Source of the DNA: Moniliella sp. 'wahieum'
Lineage: Eukaryota
Reading direction: 5' to 3'
Length of the DNA stretch: 64,000 nt
Assembly (NCBI GenBank): GCA_003971905.1
Contig: RSEE01000143.1
Coordinates: 1-64,000, forward strand
The notes beneath the pieces were generated by a model, which ran no database searches, had not been told where the DNA came from, and was given only the letters and a program-made list of their open reading frames with translations. Shown one piece after another: positions 38,936 through 51,255 of the stretch; the stretch's first letter is position 1; the number at the start of each line of letters is the position of its first letter. Made by a program: the position numbers and the translations under genes.

Positions 38936-39016
38936 GGCCTCTTGGCGCAGCGGTAGCGCGTGATTCCAGCAGCTCTGGCTTCCTCAAGGTCATCCGTTCA
39001 AATCGGGTAGGGGTCA
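38936..39016 (+). tRNA. tRNA-Trp(CCA) with short intron, copy 1 (2 nt missing from the anticodon stem as assembled)
   Basis: Acceptor GGCCTCT/AGGGGTC-A, D arm GCGCAGCGGTAGCGC, TTCCAG loop, T arm ATCCG-TTCAAAT-CGGGT, followed by a T-run Pol III terminator. Confidence 0.88.
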
Positions 39017-39276
39017 CTTTTTTATTGTGGGCAGTAGATGAGAATACGGTGATGCGCATGATGAGATCGATGGAAGGCATGGGGGCATTTGGCCAAGCCC
39101 ACAAATCGTCCTTTTGGAAAAGTGTGTGAGAAGAATGTTTTGTGGCAGGCGAGCAAGGCAGGGAAAGAGATGGTGTGAATGCCATCAGGGCAATTCCGTC
39201 CGGAGGCGCAACAGGGGGGAAGGAAGGCAGAACAAGCAAAGCGGGGCCGCCTCGCACAACTGTACCGAGAAAAAAG

Positions 39277-39357
39277 TGACCCCTACCCGATTTGAACGGA
39301 TGACCTTGAGGAAGCCAGAAGCTGGAATCTCACGCGCTACCGCTGCGCCAAGAGGCC
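39277..39357 (-). tRNA. tRNA-Trp(CCA) with ~9-nt intron at 37/38, copy 2
   Basis: Reverse complement GGCCTCTTGGCGCAGCGGTAGCGCGTGAGATTCCAG[CTTCTGGCT]TCCTCAAGGTCATCCGTTCAAATCGGGTAGGGGTCA folds to a 72-nt cloverleaf; downstream T-run. Confidence 0.92.
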
Positions 39358-39693
39358 CTTTGGCGGAGGCCGAGTCGTGTCTTAAGCAGACCGACACGTG
39401 CCCCCGATGTATCAGATCTCAGAGTGGGCTTGCGACGATCCTAATCTAATCGATCTGCTGCAGGCCGACGCAGGTGAGATGGACACGTGTCCGACGGGCG
39501 AGGGGGGCAAGCGCGGAGAGATCTGGGCGTCCCTCCGGGAGCAACGCTGGCCGAAGCGAAGGTGCGCAGTGCCCCAGCAGCAGGCAGCCCGTGTGTCGAC
39601 GGGGCAACAGCACGACCTAGAAGAGCCACTTGCACTCCTCTTTCACGCCCTCCGCCGCTGTCCTCCCCTCCCTCCATCCCTCCCGCTTCCCCC

Positions 39694-40634
39694 ATGTCGC
39701 TGCCCGCTGCCCCTGTGCTTGTCGCCGCGCTGGCCGGGCTGGTGCTCGTGCTGCTCGTTGCCGCGCTCCAGCTGCGCTCCTCCGGCAAGCCCCCAACGCG
39801 TGCTCGACCCTAAGGAGTGGCTCACCTGCCGCTCGTGTCCAAGCAGGAGGTGGCGCCCAACACGGCGCTCTACGCTTTGCCCTGCCGCATCCTGAGGCAC
39901 GCTGGGCCTTCCTATTGGCCAGCACGTGTCGGTGCGGCCGAGGTGAATGGCAAGACGGTGATGCGTCCACCCGCCCACGTCATCGGACGACGACAAGGGT
40001 GTACTGGATCTGCTGGTCAAGTCTTATCCGACGGCAACGTTTCCAGCACTTTTCCACGCTCAACATTGGAGACAAGTTGGCCATCAAGGGGCCCAAAGGC
40101 CAGATGCGCTACCACCGAGACTATGCCGGCACATTGGCATGATTGCCGGTGGCACGGGCATCACTCCCTGTCTGAAGATCATCCGGCCTCTCTGAAAGAC
40201 CCGAAGGACCAGACGCGCATCTCGCTTCTGTACGCTAATGTGACGCAGCGGATATTTTTGCTCAGAAGGAACTGGACGACTTGGAGGCTGCCTACCCAGG
40301 CCGGTTCAAGGTCCACTACTTCCTCAACACGCTCCCGAAGGCTGGGCACAGGGCGTGGGCTTGTTACCAAGGAGGCAATTGAAAACCACTGCCTTCCCCC
40401 GGGTGGGCGCCAAGTGCTCATGTGCGGTACGTAGTTCCCCACCCATCTCAGATCTCAGATATCTCACGCGCTTCCGCGGTCCCCGATGACGTCGTGCTAG
40501 ATACTGGGTACTGACTGCCGCGTTCCTCGCTAGGTCCGCCGCCAATGCTGGCTGCTATGAAGAAGCACCTGAAGAGATTGGGTACGAAAAGGCCAAGGTC
40601 ATCTCCAATGCCCGACCAGGTTTTCTGCTTCTAA
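39694..40634 (+). CDS. CBR1: NADH-cytochrome b5 reductase; heavily frameshifted
   Basis: N-terminal TM anchor; LGLPIGQHVS; IKGPKG; GMIAGGTGITP; ISLLYANVT; LMC|GPPPM across intron 40427-40533; ends DQVFCF*. Confidence 0.9.
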
Positions 40635-40664
40635 TTTTTTTTTTTCTGTTCTTTTCGTCTCATG

Positions 40665-40713
40665 CTCCGACTCCCGCTCCGACTCCCGCTCCGACTCCCG
40701 CTCCGACTCCCGC
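40665..40713. repeat. (CTCCGACTCCCG)x4 minisatellite
   Basis: Four 12-bp copies in the CBR1 3' flank. Confidence 0.85.
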
Positions 40714-41492
40714 TCCCGCTCGCTTGGCACGCAGCCCGACGGGTCTGGACCTCGTCTCGGCACCCGTTTGGTTGTCGGCTGCGGTACCTGGTGCGGGACT
40801 GGATATGGCCAACCCGAATCCTGCTGCGACCGTGCCCATGATTGCTATGTACTTTGATGCTTCTCGTACCTACTCTGATCGCTCTTCTAGACCCATGCGC
40901 TGCTGGCTGAGGCTCCAGGCTCCAGGCTCCTTGCTCCAGGCTACTTCTTCCTGTTCCTTGTAGTTGGGGCGGGCACTTATAAGGTAGTCTAGTTCATTTG
41001 ACTGGTTGACGTAGCCATGTTGGTTCCTGGTTTCCGTGCCTGTGGCGGACTGAGGATCGATATCTGCTTGGACCTTGGGGTCGCAGACAAGGGAATTCTT
41101 AGAAATTCCAAGCTTGCAACGGGGGAGGATGGAGTGGACGGGCGCGAGCGGCAAAGTGGCCAATGGGCAACGTTCCACGTCCCGGCCTGCTCAAGTGCCA
41201 GGTCAACGTAGTCAACGTGGTCTACGTAGTCAGCGTTCAACATACCACTGACGAACCGCATCTATCAAGGGCGAAAGGCAATCTACGTCTTAGTGATTAA
41301 TGATTATGATTGCTGTAGAACCAACTAAGCTGCCCAGGCAAGCTGTACCAGGCCTCTTGCAGTCCAAGGGGAGGGGGGGGAATAGGGAGTGTCTATCCAT
41401 TTCAAGGGAGGGATGTACGCTGTAATCCACCACATCGGGGTCGGGGTTGTGTGCCCGGGGCGGTGCCGAGGGATTGCGGGGAGCGAAAGAGG

Positions 41493-43121
41493 TTAGTTGG
41501 GTCCACTGATGTTTGAGGCGGAGGAGACGTGACCACGTTGGTCCACCATCAGATTCAGAGGGGGAGAAAGCATAGTACTCGCTCTTCCACTGCTGAGCTG
41601 AATCTTATCTGCATCAACGTAGCAAAGTGAATCCAGTGGGTGTTGAACCGGAATCGCGAACGGCCTGACGAATCTGTACCTCCATCTGATTGACCAGTTG
41701 GTGCGCTGGCGGAGGGAGCACCCCTCCCCATCGCCATGACTGTAGCTTGGATCAGCCAACTACCGTCTCTAGCTGGGGCAGCGGCGGCGCGGGCGAGTTC
41801 CGGCCGGCGGTACTGGGCATTAGGCAGGCCAAACATCTCCAAGTACACGTTCCAGCTCCACCCTTGGTCGTCCTTGCGGGGCGAGAGGGTGAAGATGTAC
41901 TGTGCCAAGTGGTCGAGCGCGGTGGGGTCAAAGGTTTGGACCGGTCGCTGGCCAAGGTAGATTTGGGAATAAAGTTGTTATGGGTGGCATTGAGTGCAGC
42001 CGGGTCAAGTTTGTGATTTGGATCGCCAAAGTCGTCCCAGAGAGCAGCCAATTCAAGGTAAGTGACTTGCTTCTCCTCTGTTGTGGAGGGCGACGGGGCG
42101 TGGAATTGGGTCAAGAGGGTCCTAAGTTGCTCACCAAGCGGAGTGAACTCGGACAAGGGACGAAGCCACATACCACGCACCTCGACTTGGATGCCCTGGA
42201 GAGCCGGTACGATCTGTACATGGAACCCGAGTTCGTTGGGGAAGGTGGGCGAGGCGGTCCAGACCTGCAACGCCTGGATCAGAGCCGAGAGACGTTCGGG
42301 TTGCCGCATCATGTTCCAACGGTAGCGGATAAAGCCCATGGGGGAACTTGCATCGTAGGTGAGGAAACGAAGACGAGTGGCAATGCCAACGAACTGGCCA
42401 GCACCTCGGAGCGCCCAAAGCAATTCGGGGTTGTTTTCGGGAGTTGCGCGGACCAGGCTGCCGTTGGCCAGGACCACATCGGCATCCACCAGGTTGTCCG
42501 CCATCATGCCCCATGCGGCCGAGGTGGGGCCAAAGCCATTGCACATCGCATGTCCGCCAATGGCAACAGTGGGACAAGTACCATGGGCCATCGCGCGTTG
42601 GTTGGCAGTCCAGAGAAAGCGAACCACATCGCCCAAGCGCGCAGCGGGACCCAAGTCGGCCACAGGACCTTGCGGGGCATCTGGCAGGTACTGCTTGGCA
42701 TCCAAAGCAGCCAAGTCAATCACCAACGCGCCATCTTGGCCGCCCGAGCTGTATCCGGCGAAACTATGGCCTCCCGAGCGGGCCACCACGGGCACGCTCT
42801 GTTCGGCGGCGCACTGGACCGCTTGCGCCACCTGGTCCGCCGAGGTGGGATAGGCGACGGCGGCAGGGTGAAGTGGAATATCAGATTGTCCGACTGGGCC
42901 GCTGCAAACCATACCGTTTCGTTCGGGGCAGACTGGCGGGTGAAGTGCTTGATGGCCGGGCCGGACGAGGCGGTACCGGAGGGGTCGTCGAGGCAGGCGC
43001 TGAGTGTTTTAGCGCGTCGCTTCCCAGGCGCCGGCTGGGGTGATAGAGGGTGGGCATCTGCCGAGGGGAGGAGGCCAGCGGCGGCGACGAGCGCGGCGGC
43101 GGCGATGCGCACCAGTCGCAT
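41493..43121 (-). CDS. Secreted FAD-linked BBE-like oxidoreductase (AA7/glucooligosaccharide oxidase-like); frameshifted
   Basis: Signal peptide MRLVRIAAAALVAAAGLLPSADA; VARSGGHSF (His-FAD); HGTCPTVAIGGH (Cys-FAD); VVLANGS; LLWALRGAG; C-terminal YVD of the BBE domain. Confidence 0.9.
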
Positions 43122-43444
43122 CAAGGGGGGAGGGGCGCGGTGGAGGGGGAGGCGGTGGTGGTGGCGATGGCGATGGCGATGGTGGCGATGGTGGTGGTGG
43201 CAGCTGCCGCCGCCTTGCCACCGGCTCCGCAACGCCACGTTGAAGCCCAGCACGGCCATTCGGTCTGCGTCGAGGCGTGGTACTCCGTTACTTCTAGTTG
43301 AGTACTGGTGTGGCGCGTGCTAGGGTTGCGTGCAACGTGGAGCGTCGTCCATTCTTCTTGCGCGTTGCGCTTCCTCGGCGGCTGTCCAACCCAACGCCCT
43401 CCCCCTCTCCACCTCCACCTCCACCCCCACCCTCCCCGCCGCCC

Positions 43445-44881
43445 ATGAGCTCGTCCCTGCGCTTGCTGGCGCTCGTGCGCCCCTTCACAGGCCTCCTTCC
43501 TGGGGTCGATGCGCCCGATCGCAAGATCCCGTTCCAGAGCCGCGTGTTGTGGACTGCTGTTGTGCTCGGCATCTTCTCGTCTCGTCGCAGATCCGGCTGT
43601 ATGGCATCCTGTCTTCCGACAGTCCTGAGCCGCTGTCCTGGATGCGCCTCGTGCTCGGCTCCAGTCGTGGTACCCTGATGGAACTTGGCGTCGGCCCCGT
43701 CATCACGGCTGGTCTGCTGGTCCAGTTCCTCGCTGGTGCCAACCTGATCGACGTGGACTTTAGTCTGGCCGAGGACCGGGCGCTGTTTAGTGGAGCGCAG
43801 AAACTGTTGGCGATTGTCATTGCCTTTGTCCAGGCCACGGCCTACGTGTTGTCGGGCGTGTACGGTTCTGCCTCGGATCTGGGGGTCGGGATGTGCGCGT
43901 TGCTTGTCCTCCAGTTGGTCACGGCGGTGCTGGTTGTCGTGATGTTGGATGAGCTGCTGGTCAAGGGGTATGGCATGGGTTCGGGCATCAGCCTTTTTGT
44001 CGTTGCGAATGTGTGCCAGAGCATTATCTGGAAGGCATTTAGTCCGTTGACGATCACCACGAACCACGGGCCTGAGTTTGAAGGTGCTTTGCTCGCTCTG
44101 GTTCATCTCTTCTTTTCGTGGAATGGCAAGACGCGTGCGCTCAAAGAAGCCTTTTTTCGCGACAGCTTGCCCAACGTCATGGGTCTGCTCGCCACGGTGG
44201 CTGTCTTTTTCGCCGTGATGTACCTCCAAGGCTTCCGTGTCGAGGTGCCCATCAAGTCGGTCCGCTTCCGTGGCCAACAGGGTCGGTTCCCGGTCAAGCT
44301 CTTTTACACGTCGAATGTACCGCTCTTGTTCCTCACCACGCTGACCAGCAATGTGCTTATCACTTCGCAGCTGCTTGCTTTGCACTTCCCTTCGCACTCG
44401 ATTGTTCGTTTGTTGGGCGTGTGGGAGCCGCAGGGGACGTCGCACCAGCTGCAGGCGGTCAGTGGATTGGCCTACTACCTCTCTCCTTCGCCTTCGCTCC
44501 TGGAGGCGGCCAAGGACCCGGTTCGCACGCTGGTCACGGCTGCCTTCACACTAGTCGTATGCGCGGGGATTTCCAAGGCTGGGTGGATGTGTCGGGGTCG
44601 GGTGCGCGTGAGGTGGCCAAGCAGCTCAAGGACAACGGTATGGTCATGGCGGGTCACCGGGACGGGTCGATGCAAAAGGAGCTGAAACGGATCATCCCCA
44701 CTGCCGCCATTTGGGGGGGGCGTCGATTGGGTCTTGTCTGTCCTGGCTGACCTGCTGGGCGCATTTGGATCCGGCACCGGGATCCTCATTGCTATCACGG
44801 CGGTCTACACGTACTTTGAGATGGGTCTGCGCGAGTCGAGTGGTCCCGAGATGAGTGCGCTGGGTGGATTTGATGGGCTAA
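43445..44881 (+). CDS. SEC61: Sec61 translocon alpha subunit (divergent); frameshifted
   Basis: [84 protein letters not shown]. Confidence 0.93.
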
Positions 44882-45542
44882 ATAAACCAAACAACAGGCA
44901 CTTGAAGGTTGCGAAGAATGGATTCTCCGCCACTCGTTTCGTCTGTCTCTCCCGCCTCCTCGGTCGTCCTTTTACGCTGTGTTACATGTTACATGTTATG
45001 GACGATTGCCGTGTTGCCATTGTCTTTTCTTGTGCCCCGGGACCGACCGCTCTGATTTGCCTACATAGCTCCAATGTCCTTGCAACCAAATCAACGAAAA
45101 CGCATGCCTTACCATAACGCTTTCTTTGGCGGCTGGACTCTGTAGGTCGGTCTCTTTGTGCCTGCGTGAGCGTGAGGTGTCAAAGCCCAGTTCTCAGACT
45201 TCCCAAGCGTCCACGGCGCATCAGGGCTGGGCCCCGCCGCCGTTGGGCATTGGCGAAAGTGGCCTCCGACACACTTGGGGGCTGCTGTTGCTCTTCGCGC
45301 GGTTCGAAATGGGATCGAGGGGCGCGCGGGTGGCTGCTCTGGCCCAGCCTGCGCCATGCACCATGCGAGAGCGGGCGGCGGAATGCAAGCGCCGGAATTT
45401 GGCTATTTCCCTCTGCCTGCCCGACTTCCCCGTCTCACTTTTGTGTTGGTCGCGCGCGGGTTGGGAGCCTCGGCCGCAGCTCTCGACTTCCATCCCACCC
45501 TGTCCTTCGCCCCCACCTCCCCCCTCCCACCTTCCACCCTCC

Positions 45543-47042
45543 ATGGCCTCTGTCGACAAGCTTGCCGATCGCCTCGACGGCGCCGACATCTCTGCTGCAG
45601 CCACCTCGGCCGACGCTCCTGCTGCTGCGTCGCCATCGGCGGCACCTGCACCTGTCTCTGACAAGCCTGCCGACGCTTCAGACGCTGCCGACGCTTCAGA
45701 CGCTGCCGAAGGCAGCAAGGACAGTACGTTCCTTTCTCCTCATGCCATTTCGCCGCATCTGCCCAGCGTACTGATATTTCTGAACCAGACCTACTGTCGT
45801 CCAAGTACGATGTGCAGGTGACGCTGGCGGACCAGCAAGCCGATCCAGACTCGCCGCTGTACAGCGTGAAAAGTTTCGATGAGCTGGGCTTGCATCCGGA
45901 TCTGCTCAAGGGGATTTACGCCATGAAATTTACCAAGCCGAGCAAGATTCAAGCGTGCGTTGCCGCTGCTGCTGCAGAACCCACCGCGGAACATGATTGG
46001 TCAATCGCAGTCGGGAACAGGCAAGACGGCTGCGTTTGTGCTCAATATGTTGAGCCGGATCGACTTTACGTTGGACCAACCGCAAGCGCTTGCCTTGGCG
46101 CCCGGACGCGAATTGGCGCGGCAAACTATGGATGTGGTTCAGGAGATGGGAAAGTTTACGCCAGTCAAGACGCTTCTTGCTGTTCCCGATGCGCCCGGTG
46201 CCAAGCGCAGCCAAAAGACCACTGCGCAGCTGATTGTTGGTACGCCAGGCAAGGTCCAAGAGTTGATCAAGTACAAGGCGCTTGATCCGACCAAGATCAA
46301 GGTCTTTGTTCTGGACGAGGCGGACAATATGTTGGACCAACAGGGACTGGGAGACCAGTCGATCCGAACTAAGAACATGATGCCGCAAGACTGCCAGATC
46401 GTGCTCTTTTCGGCTACCTTCCCAGACCACGTGCGGGAGTTGCGGCCAAGATGGCCCCGGGTGCGAACGAGATCCGGTTGAAGCGAGGAGCTGAATGTGG
46501 ATGCGATTAAGCAGTTCTTTATGGACTGTGACAGTGAGGAGGACAAGTTCCGTGTTCTTCTGGACCTGTACCAGATCCTGACCATTGGACAATCGATCAT
46601 CTTTGTGGGCAAGCGCGCGACGGCAGACAAGATTGCCAAGAAGCTGATTGCTGAGGGCAACAAGGTAGCGTCGCTGCATGGAGCGCTGGATACGCAAGAG
46701 CGTGATGCCAAGATTGACGCGTTCCGTGCCGGGGAGTGCAAAGTGCTGATCACGACCAACGTGCTTGCGCGTGGGATTGACGTGTCCCAAGTGACCGTGG
46801 TGATCAACTACGACATGCCCAGGACGCATTCGGGCGAGCCGGACATTGAGACGTACGTGCATCGCATTGGCCGGACCGGTCGCTTTGGCCGCACAGGCAT
46901 CAGCATCAACTTTGTCGACAGCCAAGAGGCGTGGGAGCACATGCATGCGTTTGAGGTGGCGCTGCACACGTCCATCACGTCCGTCGGCACCAAGGACCTG
47001 GAAGAGATGGAGGCGACGATCAAGAAGGCGCTGAAGAGCTAG
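45543..47042 (+). CDS. DBP5: DEAD-box mRNA export helicase Dbp5; frameshifted
   Basis: [85 protein letters not shown]. Intron 45724-45788. Confidence 0.97.
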
Positions 47043-47418
47043 AGCTAGCTAAACAGCTAGCTGCTCTGCGATGCGGGTGCGCTCGGGGGGTCCTACCTAT
47101 CCTATACCTCGGGCGCCGGTGCGACCTGGCCGAGTTGGCGTGATTGCGGTGCAGTTCATCTCCTTTTCCTAGTTTGGTTGGAAGTGGTGTGTGTGCGTGT
47201 GTGCATGAATGTTGTTGGCCACCAGATGGAGGGCAGTTGGCGGTGGCAGCTGCGGTGGCCGCAGACGGTGAGGTGGTAGTGGCAAGTAGTAGCGAGTCGC
47301 GATGTGCACGTTAGTCCTGAGCTGCTAGGTCGTGGTGGATGCGCTGGGTAGGCCGATTGACAGTAAGGGTCCCATTTCTACACGACTGCCCTTTGGCGCA
47401 TCTCTCTACTAGGTGCTT

Positions 47419-48160
47419 GGGATTCTGCCTCGTCGCTCGGTCAACGATCAGAGCCGATAGCTACGGAGATCAGCCTATAAGTATTATTGATGCCATTTGG
47501 CCAACGTGAACTGATTCATGGGCGATCGTCAGACGGACAAGACGTCCGTCGCGCTCGGCATGATTCTCAATCAGAGAAACGGTGGAACGACAGGGACGAA
47601 GAGAAGAAGTTGTACTGGGTGTATTATTATGTTGCGGTGGGGCAGAAACGTTGGACGGAGAGGCTCAGCTTGCCAAGTACTGGAGCACCGCGACGCAATG
47701 AAGTACTCGATTGCAGTGGCTGCCCCGACCAGAGACTGCTCCTCTGTAGTACTTGGTGCCCTTCTCGGGTGCGCAATTGACGAGTGGTTCCGTGACAATG
47801 GCAAGCACGCACTGATCGTGAAGGAAGTGATCTATAATCTGTCGAAGCAAGCATACCGCACGGCCTAGCGGCCAATGTCCTCCTGCTACGCTACGTCGTC
47901 CTCCCGGCGTGAGGCGTACCCTGGTGATATCTTCAACCTCCACTCGCGTCTGCTCGAGCGGGCGGGCAAGATAAACGACTCGCTCGGTGGCGGTGCGGCG
48001 GTTCGCTCGTTGCGCTTCTCCGGTGATTGAGGCGCAGGGTGGGGATTGTCGACATTCTCATTCCTAAACGTAATTTCCATCACCGATGGCCAGATCGCCA
48101 GATCTTTCCTCGAGGCGAAGCCGAGCTGTTCTACAAGGGTGTCCGGGCAGCGGTCAACTC
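47419..48160 (+). pseudogene. ATP1: Decayed internal fragment of mitochondrial F1-ATPase alpha subunit
   Basis: GILPRRSVN; QRELI-GDRQTDKT (Walker A G->D); [71 protein letters not shown]. In-frame stops, substitutions in invariant residues, no N- or C-terminus. Confidence 0.88.
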
Positions 48161-48381
48161 CAGGGCATTGAACGTACTGAACGTACGGCAGGGCCTACCC
48201 CCCGTTCCCGTTCCCGTTCCCGTTCCCATTCGGTTCCCATTCCAACCCACAGCCCACCACTTCATTCCAAAACACAAAACAAAGCACAATGTACAACGCC
48301 CACGATCAAAGCACAACGCTCAACACCCAACCCAAAGGACTTTCAAAGACCAAAGGGCAACGGTCTTTCAAAGACCAAAAG

Positions 48382-48501
48382 GCAAACGCAAACGCAAACG
48401 CAAACGCAAACGCAAACGCAAACGCAAACGCAAACGCAAACGCAAACGCAAACGCAAACGCAAACGCAAAACGCAACGCAAACGCAAACGCAAACGCAAA
48501 C
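48382..48501. repeat. (GCAAAC)n microsatellite
   Basis: About 20 hexamer copies. Confidence 0.95.
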
Positions 48502-48705
48502 ACCAAAAGGCAAAGGCAAAGACCGCAGGTTTGGTGTATATAGTGATATACCCGCCATCCCAGCCGGACATGTCCAACGCTCAAACGCCCAAACGCCCAC
48601 ACATACACACATATATATTATACATCTACCGCACGGCCACCACATCCGCTTCCTCGTCCGCTTCCGTCTGCGTCCGGCTTTACGAAGCTGCGCGACGCTG
48701 GTGAG

Positions 48706-50650
48706 TCAAGACGTGTGAGCTTGAACGGCATGCGCGTGTGCCAAGTCGTACTGCGCTTGAGCCTGTGCCTGTGCCTGTTGCCTGTGCCTGTGCCTGTGCT
48801 TGGGCCTGAGCTTGCGCCTGAGCTTGAACTTGTGCGGCAGACAAGTTGGAGGGCGGTGGGTAACCCATCGTGCCCATTGGAGTTGGAGGAGCTTGGGTGG
48901 GGAATTGGATGGGAATGGAGTTTGCCCTTGCCCTTGCCCTTGCGCCTGCGCTTGAGACTGTGTTTGTGCTTGGGAGAGAGATTGGGACTGTGGTTGGGAC
49001 TGGGACTGTGGTTGGGACTGAGCGAGGGAAAGTTGTTGGGGGAGAGAGTGTTGTTGGGACGGGGTGAAAGGTGGGGGGGCAGTTGGGGCGGTAGTAGAAG
49101 TCAAAGGGGACGAAAGGAGGGGAGGCAAAGCCAAAGAAGGTAACGAGCGTTCTTCCAAAGCATCGTAATAGAGGGTAAACAACTTTGTCACTTTTTCCCA
49201 AGTGCCCGGATCAAAGAAAACGTAAGCCCCACGTTCGTACAACGACGTCTTTTGTACCGGCTCCGAGCTGGGATCCTTGGTGAGCCACACGCGCAGCGTC
49301 TTGTGATACCTCCATCCGCGTTGGTACAATTCGCGCGCGGCCGATTCTTGGAGCAGGTCACGTGGGGCACCACTATAAAGAGGAAGAAGAGCGTTTCATC
49401 AGCCAAGAGAGGGACTTTAGTCTGGGCCGGCGGCGGGGGCTGCACAGTGTAGCAAGAAGGTAAATGAAAGTCCGGGGGGATCATAGCTTGCGTTTGGAAG
49501 TGAGCATGGGCCAGTTGGGGGTCTGGAGTGGCCAACGCATCGTCCGCCCAGGGGGTTAAGAAATTCGAACTCAAAGCCTCGCGTGAATTCAAGTTGAGAC
49601 CCATCCGGCGCAGGTCCGTGCCGAGGGAGACCAACGACGTATCCCCCTGCGCCTTGATGATAGCCAGCAGGCCTACCAAGCCAAATCGGTCAGCGGGACT
49701 CAAGTAGATTTGTTGTGCTGGGGTAACAGGGTGGGGGGAAGATGAAGATAAAGACGCGACGCCTGCGGCGCCAGTCGAGCGCGCCGAGTGGGACAAGACC
49801 GAAACCAAACTGCTCGCGCCGGGACCGGAAACAATAACTTTGTGCCCGGGACCTGGGGCGGGGGTGGCCATGTCCAACGCACTCTGGGCCGCCTCGATCG
49901 TTCCCGGGGACACGTCGCGCGTTAAGGGTACAGCACCCGTTGCGCTCTGTGCCTCCAAGGTACTTTGCACCGCATTGATCGCAGCCTGGGCCTCGGTGGG
50001 ATCGACGGTAGCCGAAGCGGGCTGTCGAGGGGCGTGCCATTGATCCGGGACAAACTGGGAGCAATCCCTGGTGGCAACGCGGCCAGCGGCGCACCTGCCG
50101 AAAAGAACAACAAAACAGTGAAGAGGGAAAAGAAAGAACGAAAGAAAGACAGAGAGAAACAGAAAGACAGAAAGATAGGTTATAGGATGTTAGTCTGTCC
50201 CACGTGTGTCGTCAATGGACGCGCGGGCGGGGCTAGCATACCTTTTGCACCTACATCGGGAGGCAACTGTTGCTTCCCATTTCCATTGAGCGTGTTGAGC
50301 AGCGCAGAGACGCCGGGGGAAGGTGGTGGTGGGTTATTAACGCTTCCCAGGAGATTTGCGCGGTGCTGTTCGCGGGCGAGGAGGAGTGCTTGTTGTTGGT
50401 AGGCGAGGTCGTGGGAGGCGGGGGGAGGGGGCATGGCAGGCGCAACGGGGGAGCGGGCGGCAGCGGAGCTGAGGGCGGGGAAGGCGTCCGGGGACAAGAT
50501 GGGGGCAGTAGCGCTGAGTGGGGGGAAAGTGGAAGCCGAGTAGGCAGATGGCGGTCGTGCGGCTGGGATGCCATGGCGAGGCGGAGCAGCGGAGGAGGTG
50601 GGGTGGAGGAGGTGGGGGTGGAGGAGGTGGAGGGTGGAGGTGGGTGGAGG
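48706..50650 (-). CDS. NOT2: CCR4-NOT subunit Not2 (NOT2/3/5 domain); start uncertain; frameshifted
   Basis: DAFPAL; SPADRFGLVGLL; LGTDLRRMGLNLN; FLTPW; PDFHLPSCYTVQPPPP; DETLFFLF; ELYQRGWRYHKTLRVWLTK; YERGAYVFFDPGTWEK. Intron 50095-50241. Confidence 0.92.
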
Positions 50651-51255
50651 TGGAGGTGCGCCTCGCCTCGCTTGGGCGGCTGTCTCGCCGCCTCCCAGCC
50701 GGCCGCTCTCCAGGGTGCTTACCCAAGCCCCAACCCGACCCGTAGACGACACTGCCGCTGTGCCGCCTGGAACGCACTGCGTGAGCCAGAATGCTTTCAA
50801 CTGTTCAATAGCCAAGGCTCCCCAGTCTGCGTATCTTGCCCACCTCGGTCAGTTATCGACGTTTCCCCCGCACGGGTGGCCTCCTTTTCTCGCCAGGCAG
50901 CCTACCGAGCCAGAGGCTGCGATCCCAAAACGTCTCCAGCCTGGGGCAAGTGGACCAGATGAGGGGACTGGGAGGAGGCACAAAGATCTGGGGTCATATT
51001 CATACCAGCACGCACACACCAACCCACAAGGAAACGTATATCTTACCACATTGATCACTGCGACTTGAATAGTCCATTGCACTGGTCGTGTACTTGGCGC
51101 ATGGGGTTATGCCGTCCCGAGGCGGGGCAGGCGCGGCGTGGATGTGGTGGGTGGGTGGGCGGATGGGGGATGGGGGGCTGGTGGGCCTGAAGCGTTGGTG
51201 GATGGGCGGCCAATACAAAAGAGTGGGAGCCACCTAGCCACAGCCGGTACTGGGT

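Noticed and set aside
41902..43323. 473-aa plus-strand ORF
   Set aside because: Antisense shadow of the GC-rich BBE oxidase gene.
35448..47042. Programmed frameshifting or alternative genetic code
   Set aside because: Frame breaks are numerous, lack shared slippery motifs and affect all genes; sequencing error is the simpler explanation.
47419..48160. NUMT origin of the ATP1 fragment
   Set aside because: Fungal mtDNA does not encode atp1, and the fragment has nuclear GC-rich codon usage.
48086..48718. ORFs with poly-QT/KR/AN runs
   Set aside because: Translation artefacts of the stop-free (GCAAAC)n microsatellite.
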